In this document: positions 1 through 8,577 of the stretch, in pieces
Layout: every line of letters starts with the position of its first letter
Numbering within the stretch: position 1 is the first letter of the stretch
NCBI GenBank assembly: GCA_963675745.2
Contig: CAXXWX010000019.1
Coordinates: forward strand, 192,001-256,000
Direction of reading: 5' to 3'
Length of the DNA stretch: 64,000 bases
Source: Phycisphaerae bacterium
Lineage (GTDB): Bacteria > Planctomycetota > Phycisphaerae > UBA1845 > Fen-1342
Notes under the pieces: generated by a model
What the model was told of the DNA's origin: nothing
Database searches by the model: none
What the model saw: the letters and a program-made list of their open reading frames with translations, nothing else
Made by a program: the position numbers and the translations under genes

Positions 1-1
1 G

Positions 2-1738
2 TCGTTCTTGCGGCACAGCGCGGATGAAGCGGAAGAGCCGCTGTTGCTGGAGAATCCCGAGGCCACCGGTCGGTACACGACCCCGCCCGAGCCCCCCCGC
101 TTTGCCCGCTTCGAGTTCGAGGAACCGATTATGGAGCCGTTTGAGAACGTACCTAACACCGATTTCGCGCTCGATGAAAACCGCCGAGCCATGCTGGCCG
201 CCCTCGGCCGGGTGCGGGCCGAGATGGGTGGCGCGTATCCACTGGTCATCGGGGGAACGCCGCTCACAACCGGTGCGAAACATGATTCTGTGAACCCGTC
301 GCGTCCCAGCGAGATCATCGGCAGCGTTGCCCAGGCCGGCGGTGCGGAGGTTGATCGGGCGGTCAGCGCCGCCGCGGAGGCCTTCGACTTCTGGCGGCGC
401 ACGAACGCGGGCGAGCGTGCGGATCTGCTGCGCCGGGCCGGTACCCTGATCGCCGAACGTCGCTTCGAGCTGGCCGCGCTGGCCGCGCTGGAGTGTGGCA
501 AGCCCTGGCGCGATGCCGACGCCGACATCTCCGAAGCCATCGACTACTGCCACTACCATGCGGCCGAAATTGTCCGCATGACCGACAACATTCGGCGACG
601 CGACATTGCCGGCGAGCTCAACGAGTATTACCACACGCCCCGTGGGGTGGTGGCGGTGATGAGCCACTGGAACTTCCCGCTGGCGATTGCGACGTGCCAG
701 ATCAGCGCGGCTCTCGTGACGGGCAACACGGTCGTGTTCAAGCCGGCCAATCCCGCCGCCGTGATGGGGGCGCGGCTCGTGGCGATCTTTGAAGAGGCCG
801 GTCTTCCCGCGGGCGTGTTGAACTTCGTGCCGGGCAGCGATGAGGAGGCCGGCGAAGCACTCGCGTTTCATCCGGGTGTGGCAACAGTCGCCTGCACCGG
901 GCCGCTGGTCAGTGGTACGCGTCTGCACGAGATCGCCGCCGGCGCCAGGACGACTCCGCCGGGCTTCAAGAAGTTCATCATGGAGTTGGGCGGCAAGAAC
1001 GCGATTATCATCGATTCCGACGCCGATCTCGACGAGGCCATCAAGGGGCTGCTCGAGAGCGCGTTTGCCTACGCGGGGCAGAAGTGCTCGGCGTGTTCGC
1101 GCGCGATTGTGGTCGGTTCGACCTACGACCGCCTGATGGAGCGCTTTGTCGAAGCCGCGCGTTCGAAGGGGGTGGGCCCCGCGGATGAGCCGACCACCGC
1201 CATCCCGCCGGTGATTGACAAGGCCGCGTTCGAGCGCATTCGCGAGTACATAAAGGTGGGTAAGGCCGACGGCACGTGCGTGCTCGAGACCGACACGGCG
1301 GCGCGGATCGACGCGAGTGGTGGCGGGTATTACATCGCGCCGACCATCTTCACGAACATCGCGCCGAGCTCACGCCTGGCGCGCGAGGAGATCTTCGGCC
1401 CCGTGCTGGTCGTCTTCCGGGCGCTGGATTTCGACGAGGCGATCAGGCTGTTCAACAACTGCGACTACGCACTCACCGGCGGCATTTACTCGCGCAGTCC
1501 GGCCAACATCGACAAGGCGCGCGATGAATGCCAGTGCGGCAATTTCTACATCAACCGCGTCATCACCGGCGCCAAGGTTGATCTCCAGCCCTTTGGTGGC
1601 TTCAAATCATCCGGGATCGACAGCAAGGTTGGCGGCCCCGACTATCTGATTCAGTTCTGCCAGCCGCGAACCGTCACGGAGAACACGCTGCGCCGCGGTT
1701 TCGCTCCGAGCGAGGAAGTCCAGGAAGCCATCGGCTAG
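2..1738 (+). CDS. putA: 3' part of bifunctional proline dehydrogenase / delta-1-pyrroline-5-carboxylate dehydrogenase (P5CDH domain); 5' end outside the window
   Basis: Frame is open from base 2 (SFLRH..., typical end of the PRODH domain linker). ALDH motifs WNFPLAI, ELGGKNA, GQKCSACSR, EEIFGP, YALTGG, QPFGG..SG; C-terminal 'TENTLRRGFAP'. Confidence 0.88.
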   Translation, partial: SFLRHSADEAEEPLLLENPEATGRYTTPPEPPRFARFEFEEPIMEPFENVPNTDFALDENRRAMLAALGRVRAEMGGAYPLVIGGTPLTTGAKHDSVNPSRPSEIIGSVAQAGGAEVDRAVSAAAEAFDFWRRTNAGERADLLRRAGTLIAERRFELAALAALECGKPWRDADADISEAIDYCHYHAAEIVRMTDNIRRRDIAGELNEYYHTPRGVVAVMSHWNFPLAIATCQISAALVTGNTVVFKPANPAAVMGARLVAIFEEAGLPAGVLNFVPGSDEEAGEALAFHPGVATVACTGPLVSGTRLHEIAAGARTTPPGFKKFIMELGGKNAIIIDSDADLDEAIKGLLESAFAYAGQKCSACSRAIVVGSTYDRLMERFVEAARSKGVGPADEPTTAIPPVIDKAAFERIREYIKVGKADGTCVLETDTAARIDASGGGYYIAPTIFTNIAPSSRLAREEIFGPVLVVFRALDFDEAIRLFNNCDYALTGGIYSRSPANIDKARDECQCGNFYINRVITGAKVDLQPFGGFKSSGIDSKVGGPDYLIQFCQPRTVTENTLRRGFAPSEEVQEAIG

Positions 1739-1928
1739 CGCGCCTTCAGAAACGGTCCGGCGTGCCACTGCGCTTGGGTGGTGCGGCATCCGAGCTGCTC
1801 GCGGCGCGAACCGGTGATTTGCCTTGTCCGGGTTCCTGCCAAGCAGTACGCTATCAGTTGTGCGCGTCGGCCCCGAACTCCGGCAGGTTGCAGCACGATA
1901 CACGCTCATCGGGACAGGAGAACAAGCC

Positions 1929-3947
1929 ATGTCACCCATCACCAGGCTCTGTCGTTTTTCGGTATGTGCCGCCGCGCTTATGTTCAGCGCCACATCGGGG
2001 AATGCTGTCGCCGATTGGCACGAACTCGACATCGTTTATACGCAGACCATCACGGCCATCGTAACTCCGGATGAATTTCAAAGCTGGGCCGATGGCGTGC
2101 GCGTGCAGACCGTTGGCGAGTTCACGGCCAGCGCCGACGGATCGCGGATTGCGTTCATCGTCGCCTTCTACACGGGCGGAGCCGGAGGCGATCCGCATCT
2201 GTACGTGGCCAATGGTGACGGATCGGGGCTAACCGATTTGACCGGCAGCATTCATGCCGACGCCGATTCCACGCCGCGCCACCTGAGGCTGAACGACGAT
2301 GGCTCGCGCCTGTTCTTCCTTGCGAATGACGACGACCATGACGGAACCACGTGCTTTTACTTTGATTTGGCCACCGGCGTGTGCCATGTGGCGTGCCACG
2401 GTATGGACGGGCTCGGCTACAAGAAGGACTATGTACTGAACGCCGCCGGCACGCGTGTGTACTTTCGATACGACGGCGGCAGTGACATCAATGAGCGCGG
2501 GCTTTACTACTCGAATGTGCCGGGAGATCCGGCCCCATACATGCCGCTTTCCGCGGTCACGGACGTGAACGACGTCTACCGCATCGATCTTGTCGGCGGC
2601 GCGCCCGATGCGGGCAAGCTGCTGTTCGTCTTCGGAGGCTGGGGCACGGGCGGTGGGTCGCTCAGCGATCCGCGCACCATGTGGGTTGCGAATTCAGACG
2701 GTACGGCCACACAGACGCCGGCTGAGGAGCACAGCTACATCTGGGACAAGGATCCGTTTGAATACAGGCTGATGAGCCAGGACGGCCAGTATGCGCTTTA
2801 CTACACAAAGGACTGGATCGATGGCGGGGACACACTCCACGGCCTGCACGTGATCGACACCGAGTCCGGCGCGAAGCACACGATCGACGAAGGCGCTACC
2901 TACGATCCAGCCATGCTGTCTCCCGATGGTGAGTTGCTCCTTGTACGCGGTGGGCAATACAGCATGGCGCTCGTCGATTGGCAGGCCGGCACAGCGCGCG
3001 ATACTTACTTTCCCGGCATTGGCATCAGTTATTCCAACGTCAGTAACCTGACATACGACGCCAAACACTACTTCATCGCCGGCCGCACCGATCCAGAGCA
3101 GGTGCCCAAAGACGCCTTCATCTACCGCGTCGATCTGGTCGACCCCGACTACTCCATGGCCCCGAAGATCGAGAAGATCGAGCTGAGCGATCGCGGGCTG
3201 CTGCTCGCCGATCCGGTGCCCGAATACACGGTTCGCGCCACGGTCAGCGACGCACAGGGTGATGCGACAGTTGTCTGGGTCGGCCAGGACGACCTGATGG
3301 ACGGGCTCTCGCAGTTCAACGGTATCTCCAAGGGCCCGATCCGCTACTTGTCGGAGTTGAAAGACGATGCCACGGACGGCGATGCGCTGGCCGGGGACAG
3401 CGTGTACACGTATGACACGGTCCGCGTGCGCGACTCGAGTGATTTCTTTGACCAGTTCACGCTGCCATACAACATCAGCTATCGTATCATCGCCAAGGAT
3501 GCCGACGGCAACTTCGGCCTTGCCGATGCAAGGCTCTTGATTACCGACGATCCCGCCGACCTGGATGCGGCACCGGCCGATCCCAATGATGTTGATCCGA
3601 ACGATGCCGACCCGAACGATGCCGACCCGAACGATGCGGACCCGAACGATGCGGACCCGAACGACGTGGATCCGAATGATGCTGATCCCAATGACGCGGA
3701 TCCGAACGACGCCGATCCCAACGATGCGGACCCGAACAGTGCTGATCCCAATGATGCCGATCCGAATAGTGCGCAACCCGACGGGTCAGCCGATCCCAAC
3801 GGCGGGATGGCTGGTGATTTTCCGAACGCTGTTCCCTCGGGCTGCCCGGGCGGCGCGTGCGGCGGTGGCCTGTATGCGTTTATACCGCTGACGATCGCCT
3901 GCCTGTTTGCCGCCAGACTCGAGGCCCGGCGCCGTCGGAAGCACTGA
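1929..3947 (+). CDS. Secreted/surface protein: beta-propeller (TolB/PD40-like blades), choice-of-anchor-X-like motif, DADPN repeats, C-terminal Cys/Gly-TM-basic sorting tail
   Basis: RBS ACAGGAG before ATG 1929; signal peptide; repeated SxDGxR/LSPDG blade motifs; 'LKDDATDGDALAGDSVYT'; tail GCPGGACGGG + hydrophobic helix + RRRRKH. Confidence 0.7.
   Translation: MSPITRLCRFSVCAAALMFSATSGNAVADWHELDIVYTQTITAIVTPDEFQSWADGVRVQTVGEFTASADGSRIAFIVAFYTGGAGGDPHLYVANGDGSGLTDLTGSIHADADSTPRHLRLNDDGSRLFFLANDDDHDGTTCFYFDLATGVCHVACHGMDGLGYKKDYVLNAAGTRVYFRYDGGSDINERGLYYSNVPGDPAPYMPLSAVTDVNDVYRIDLVGGAPDAGKLLFVFGGWGTGGGSLSDPRTMWVANSDGTATQTPAEEHSYIWDKDPFEYRLMSQDGQYALYYTKDWIDGGDTLHGLHVIDTESGAKHTIDEGATYDPAMLSPDGELLLVRGGQYSMALVDWQAGTARDTYFPGIGISYSNVSNLTYDAKHYFIAGRTDPEQVPKDAFIYRVDLVDPDYSMAPKIEKIELSDRGLLLADPVPEYTVRATVSDAQGDATVVWVGQDDLMDGLSQFNGISKGPIRYLSELKDDATDGDALAGDSVYTYDTVRVRDSSDFFDQFTLPYNISYRIIAKDADGNFGLADARLLITDDPADLDAAPADPNDVDPNDADPNDADPNDADPNDADPNDVDPNDADPNDADPNDADPNDADPNSADPNDADPNSAQPDGSADPNGGMAGDFPNAVPSGCPGGACGGGLYAFIPLTIACLFAARLEARRRRKH
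3573..3800 (+). repeat. Coding tandem repeat with a 15-nt unit (D[AV]DPN pentapeptide), about 13 copies plus one degenerate
   Basis: gatgc(c/g)gacccgaac-type units with synonymous variation, read directly. Confidence 0.95.
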
Positions 3948-3962
3948 TACCCACGGTGCGCC

Positions 3963-4148
3963 GTAGCGTCCGCCCCCATGGCGGACGCGGGCTGCCGAGA
4001 GCGGCTGGTGCGAGATTCCCATCTCGCACCCGAAGCCTGCGGGAATCCTCTCCTGCATCCGCCGCCCGCGGGAACGGATTCCCGCAGAGGAAGGTGCGAG
4101 ATAGGAATCTCGCACCAGCACGCCCCTCGGCTGCCACAGGGGGCAGCC
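3963..4148. repeat. Cluster of REP-like palindromes between convergent genes (likely also terminator function)
   Basis: GTAG-led hairpin gcgtccgcc-cccat-ggcggacgc (3963-3988); inverted pair ggtgcgagat-N4-atctcgcacc at 4007-4030 and 4093-4116; inner IR ctgcgggaatcc/ggattcccgcag; hairpin ggctgcc..ggcagcc. Confidence 0.75.
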
Positions 4149-4171
4149 GCTATGAGATGCGGGGGTGGTTG

Positions 4172-5383
4172 TTACGGAACGATATAGCCATTGGGGTAAT
4201 CCAGCATCCCGTTGGAAGCGTTCTCCAGGACCGAACCACTGGGATACCACAGCTCGATCTCGCGCGACTGGCGATCCGTCAGCAGTTCAACATGCCCGTC
4301 GAACATCAGCGTTCTGATGCCGCCGCTGTTGTCCTGTGCCGTGCTCGGCGGTTCATCGGAGCCGGGCGTAGCGCCGTGCACTGCCGTCAAGGGCGGCTTG
4401 GGGCCGGGGATCGTCTTGAGGATGTGGCGATACGAGTACTGCAAGTTCCATCCGTCCGACGGGCTTCCATACGTGATTAGCGTGCCGTCCCAGTTGCACG
4501 ATCCTTCCGCCACGCCGTATGCGGTCGTGCCTGCCCACCATGCCCCCATGGCTGTGAACGCGCCGAAAACAGCTGAAAAGGGATCGCAGTCGTGATCGAT
4601 GAAACCGCCGGGGTCGACGACAAAACGCGTGCCATCGGCAATGAAGACCTTTCGCCCCGCCGGCCCGACCTGGTCCAGCCGAGATCGGTAGTCGCTGGGG
4701 CTGCTGACATTCCAGTTGTCAAGCGCACGCTTGGGGGTCACCGACTGAGGGATCCACTCCATCGTGGCGAGTTCCTCTCCCGCATAATCGTCTCCCCACA
4801 ATCCGAAATACGCGGGCATGAGATAGCTGCACGCCGGCCACGGATTCTGATGTATGAGCGCGTTACGGTCCGGCAAGCTGCCCGTAATGTACGGCACGGA
4901 CATCCACGGATTCTGCGGGCAGCGGTAGTTCGTCCACAACGCGTACCAACGTTCCGCGCGGATCTCCGGCAGGGGCGTCACTTCGGCGTCGTACATGGCC
5001 AGCGGAGTCATCCAATCGTAGGTCTGCACCGGGAGATTGCTCTCGTTGAGTTCGTTGGGATCCGCGTGCCACGAGAACAGTTTCACCGACACCGCCACGC
5101 CGCTCGTGTTGACGCCCGGGATGTAATCGTCGTTGTCCAGTGCGTACATCTGCAAGCCGATACCGAAGCGCTGGAGGATGGTGGCACAGGTGGCCGCCAT
5201 CACGCGCGCGCGTGTCGCCCGCATGGCCGCCGGTAGCAGTGTCACCATAAGCAGCAGCATGCCCAGCGTCAGCCCCAGTTCCGCGCGCGTCAACGCGCGC
5301 CGTCGCCGGCCACGGCATGATAGGTTCGCGGCGTTCCCCTGGTTTTCCGCTGCGTGATAATCGCTCAGATGTGTCATTGACAT
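4172..5383 (-). CDS. DUF1559-like planctomycete pseudopilin-type protein (degenerate prepilin N-terminus, H-X-DG C-terminal motif)
   Basis: RRRALTRAELGLTLGMLLLMVTLLP; 'CATILQRFGIGLQMYALDNDDYIP'; C-terminal YRH...LMFDGHVE. Confidence 0.75.
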   Translation of the reverse strand: MSMTHLSDYHAAENQGNAANLSCRGRRRRALTRAELGLTLGMLLLMVTLLPAAMRATRARVMAATCATILQRFGIGLQMYALDNDDYIPGVNTSGVAVSVKLFSWHADPNELNESNLPVQTYDWMTPLAMYDAEVTPLPEIRAERWYALWTNYRCPQNPWMSVPYITGSLPDRNALIHQNPWPACSYLMPAYFGLWGDDYAGEELATMEWIPQSVTPKRALDNWNVSSPSDYRSRLDQVGPAGRKVFIADGTRFVVDPGGFIDHDCDPFSAVFGAFTAMGAWWAGTTAYGVAEGSCNWDGTLITYGSPSDGWNLQYSYRHILKTIPGPKPPLTAVHGATPGSDEPPSTAQDNSGGIRTLMFDGHVELLTDRQSREIELWYPSGSVLENASNGMLDYPNGYIVP

Positions 5384-5539
5384 GGTCTATCCCCTTTTTG
5401 CCCACGCCATGATGTCCGGCACGCCGCACAGCGGTGCCCGGTTCAACATCAGTATAACGCGCGGCCAGTGGCTCCCCAAGATCTGGGTGCACTAACGAAG
5501 GTCGCGCGGCATATTTTCGTCGGGCTTGGAGGTCCGACG

Positions 5540-8410
5540 TTACTGCGCGAGGGCGTCGGCGATGTACTCGATTACGTGGCGCGGCTTGGCACCCGTATGG
5601 TGCTCGATGTGATGCCGGCAACTGAAACCGCTGATGGCGATGTCGGCGTCGCCGCGATTGCGGACCGCCGGGAACAGCCGCTGCTCGCCGACGGCCTTGG
5701 CCACGTCGTAGTGCTCAACCTCATGGCCGAACGCGCCCGCCATGCCACAACAGCCGCTGTCGATCTCCGCCGCGCCGCCGCAGGTGCAGGCGCGTAGCGC
5801 GTTCATCGCATCCCCCGTGCCGGTGATGGCCTTCTGATGACAATGCCCGTGGTAGAGCAGCGGTCGCCGACCGTCCTTGAAGTTCAATGCGTCGGGGCGC
5901 TCGGCGAGCGTGTGGCCGACCAGCGTTTCGATCGTCCGGGCCAGTTCCGCGATACGCCGTGCCTGCGGCGTGCGTACGAACTGCGGCAGTTCATCGGTTA
6001 ATGCCGACACGCAGCTCGGCTCGGTGCCGACGATCGGCAGTCCTTCTTCGGCGAAGGGCGTGAGAATCTCGACGTTGTCCTGCGCCAGCAGTTTCGCCTC
6101 ATTCAGCAGGCCCTTGCTGATCAATGGCCGTCCACAGCAAACCGTCGGCGGCACGAGCACTTGATATCCGAGCGCCTCGAGTACTTTCACCGTCGCCTTG
6201 CCGACCTGTGGCGTGTAACAGTTCACCCAGGTGTCAACAAAATAGACGATGCGGGGCTTGCCCACGTTTTGCGGCGCGCGTTTCGCGAACCAGCGCCGGA
6301 ACGTCGGGCTGGCGAATCTGGGCGGCGGGACACGGCGGTCGAGCCCGTAAAAGTGCTCCATGAACACGCGCGCGATCGGGTTCTGCATCATCCAGTTGGA
6401 CAGCGGCGCGAAGAGGCTGCCCCAGGTTGCCAGCTCGATCGAGCGCGCGATGAGCCGGCTGCGCCGCGGGACGCCGGCGCGCTCATTGCGCGCGTGGAGC
6501 CACTCGGCTTTCAGCTTGGCCATGTCCGTGCCGGTCGGGCACTCTGTCTTGCAGGCCTTACAGCTCAGGCAGAGGTCGAAGACGTCTTCGAGTTGCGGGT
6601 CGGCGAGGCCGTCGAGCAGTGGTTTGTTTGAAAGAGCGTGGCGCAGAGCGTTGGCTCGCGCTCGCGTGGTGTGCGTCTCGTCGCCGGTCGCCATGTACGA
6701 CGGGCACATGGTGCCGACCAGGCGTTGGCGGCACTGTCCGATGCCGCTGCACATGTCGGCGAGCCCGGCCATGCCGCCGTGCGCGCCAAAATCGAGCACC
6801 GTCGACGGCTGCTGTGACTCGAACCCCTCGCCGTAACGCAGATTCGCGTCCATCGGCAAGGGCTCGACGATCTTGCCGGGATTGAGAATGCCCTGTGGAT
6901 CGAAGGCCGTTTTTACCTTGCGAAACGCCTCCACCAGCTTCGGGCCGTAGAGTTTCGCGATCCACTCCGAGCGCACGATCCCGTCGCCGTGCTCGCCGCT
7001 CATGGCCCCGCCAAACTCGTGTACCAACGAGCTGACGCGCTCGCCGATGCTGCGCAGGCGGGCGATGTCTTCGCGCTGTCTGAGGTTCAGCGCTGGGCGA
7101 ACGTGCAGCAGGCCGACGCTGGCGTGGGCGTAATAGCCGACTTCCTCAACACCTTCCTCGCGCAGAACCTGTTGCAGGCGTGCGATGTAGTCGTGCAGTT
7201 TCTCCGGGGGAACGGCGCAATCATCCACGAAGTCGTACGGCTGGAGCGGCCCGGGTCGTGACATCAGCAGTCCGGTTCCCGCCTTGCGCACATCCCACAC
7301 GTCGGCCTGACGCGCGGGATCGGTAATCACCGGCCAGGCATAGCCGATCTTCCTGGCGCGCAGATCGGCCGCCACCTCGCGCAGTCGCCGGTCCAGTGCG
7401 TCGGCATTGTCCGCATAAAACTCGACCGCCAGCACCGCCGCCGGATCGCCTTCCAGGAACCAGCGCCGGCGCTCCATCGCCGGATTGCCCCTGGTCTGGT
7501 CGAGGATGAACTTGTCGACCAGCTCGACGGCGGCCGGCTTGAGCTGCAGCAGGGCCGGCACCGAGGCCATGGCTTCGAGCAGGTCGGCGTAGTGGACGGC
7601 GATAAGACCCGGGTGCTTCGGCAGCGGCAGCAGGTTCAGCGTCGTCCCGGCCACGATGCACAGTGTGCCCTCACTGCCGACCACGAGTTGCTCGACATTC
7701 ACACGCGCGTTATCGACGTTCAGGCGATCCAGTGCGTAACCGCCGTTGTGGCGCATCACCTTCGGAAAGCGCGCGGCGACTTCACCGGCGTATTCGCGCT
7801 TGATCGATGTCAGGGCCTCCTCACACCGTCGTGCCGCGGCGTTATTGGCGGAATCGCCGTTCACGCCCCAGCGACAGGTTGAACCGTCGGCAAGCACAAC
7901 GTCGATGTCGATTACGTGGTCGCATGTTCGGCCCACGACAATCGAGCGCGCTCCGCACGAATTGTTGCCGATCATTCCGCCGACAGTTGCGCGGCTCGAG
8001 GTCGCGACGTCCGGCGCGAAGTGCAGGCCGTGTGGTTTCAGTTGCGCGTTCAGCTCGTCGAGCACGACGCCGGGCTCGACTCGCGCGCTGCGCGTTTCGG
8101 GGTTGATCTCCAGAATACGGCCCAGGTAGCGTGAGCAATCGAGTTGTACGCCGTGATTAACCACCGCGCCCGTGAGCCCGGTGCCGGCGCCGCGTGGCGT
8201 GATTGGGACGCCGTGCTGGGCGCATAGTCGCACCACGGCCGAGATGTCCGCCACGGTCTTCGGCAGCACGACGATATCAGGCACGATTTCGTAAATGCTG
8301 GCGTCGGTGGCGTAGAGCGCTCTGGTGAGGGCATCGCAGCGCACCTCTCCGGCGATGGCTGCCTGTAACTCGCTCGCAAGCGCCGCGGCGCCGGCTGAAT
8401 CATCAATCAT
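5540..8410 (-). CDS. FAD-binding and 4Fe-4S-binding oxidoreductase (GlcD/GlcF or YdiJ-like 2-hydroxyacid dehydrogenase fusion)
   Basis: YATDASIY, RGAGTGL, GGMIGNNSCG, GSEGTL, SGEHGDG, CLSCKACKTECP, CCGRP, HGHCHQ, CCGMAGAFG; GGAG RBS before ATG at 8410. Confidence 0.9.
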   Translation of the reverse strand: MIDDSAGAAALASELQAAIAGEVRCDALTRALYATDASIYEIVPDIVVLPKTVADISAVVRLCAQHGVPITPRGAGTGLTGAVVNHGVQLDCSRYLGRILEINPETRSARVEPGVVLDELNAQLKPHGLHFAPDVATSSRATVGGMIGNNSCGARSIVVGRTCDHVIDIDVVLADGSTCRWGVNGDSANNAAARRCEEALTSIKREYAGEVAARFPKVMRHNGGYALDRLNVDNARVNVEQLVVGSEGTLCIVAGTTLNLLPLPKHPGLIAVHYADLLEAMASVPALLQLKPAAVELVDKFILDQTRGNPAMERRRWFLEGDPAAVLAVEFYADNADALDRRLREVAADLRARKIGYAWPVITDPARQADVWDVRKAGTGLLMSRPGPLQPYDFVDDCAVPPEKLHDYIARLQQVLREEGVEEVGYYAHASVGLLHVRPALNLRQREDIARLRSIGERVSSLVHEFGGAMSGEHGDGIVRSEWIAKLYGPKLVEAFRKVKTAFDPQGILNPGKIVEPLPMDANLRYGEGFESQQPSTVLDFGAHGGMAGLADMCSGIGQCRQRLVGTMCPSYMATGDETHTTRARANALRHALSNKPLLDGLADPQLEDVFDLCLSCKACKTECPTGTDMAKLKAEWLHARNERAGVPRRSRLIARSIELATWGSLFAPLSNWMMQNPIARVFMEHFYGLDRRVPPPRFASPTFRRWFAKRAPQNVGKPRIVYFVDTWVNCYTPQVGKATVKVLEALGYQVLVPPTVCCGRPLISKGLLNEAKLLAQDNVEILTPFAEEGLPIVGTEPSCVSALTDELPQFVRTPQARRIAELARTIETLVGHTLAERPDALNFKDGRRPLLYHGHCHQKAITGTGDAMNALRACTCGGAAEIDSGCCGMAGAFGHEVEHYDVAKAVGEQRLFPAVRNRGDADIAISGFSCRHHIEHHTGAKPRHVIEYIADALAQ

Positions 8411-8577
8411 TGCACCACTCCAGTGTGGCCGCGCGGATCGCGGCCGATCATGGAGCCACATCATCGTGCCGACGCCGGTGACGGTCAATTGCGGCGGACT
8501 GTGGCGGTCAGTTCGCGGGGGGCCCCGCGCGCGGACGGCCTTCTCCCGACGCCGGTGTCGCCGTATCATCGTTTATC

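Noticed and set aside
3573..3800. Possible CRISPR or non-coding repeat
   Set aside because: In-frame 15-nt coding repeat with synonymous variation.
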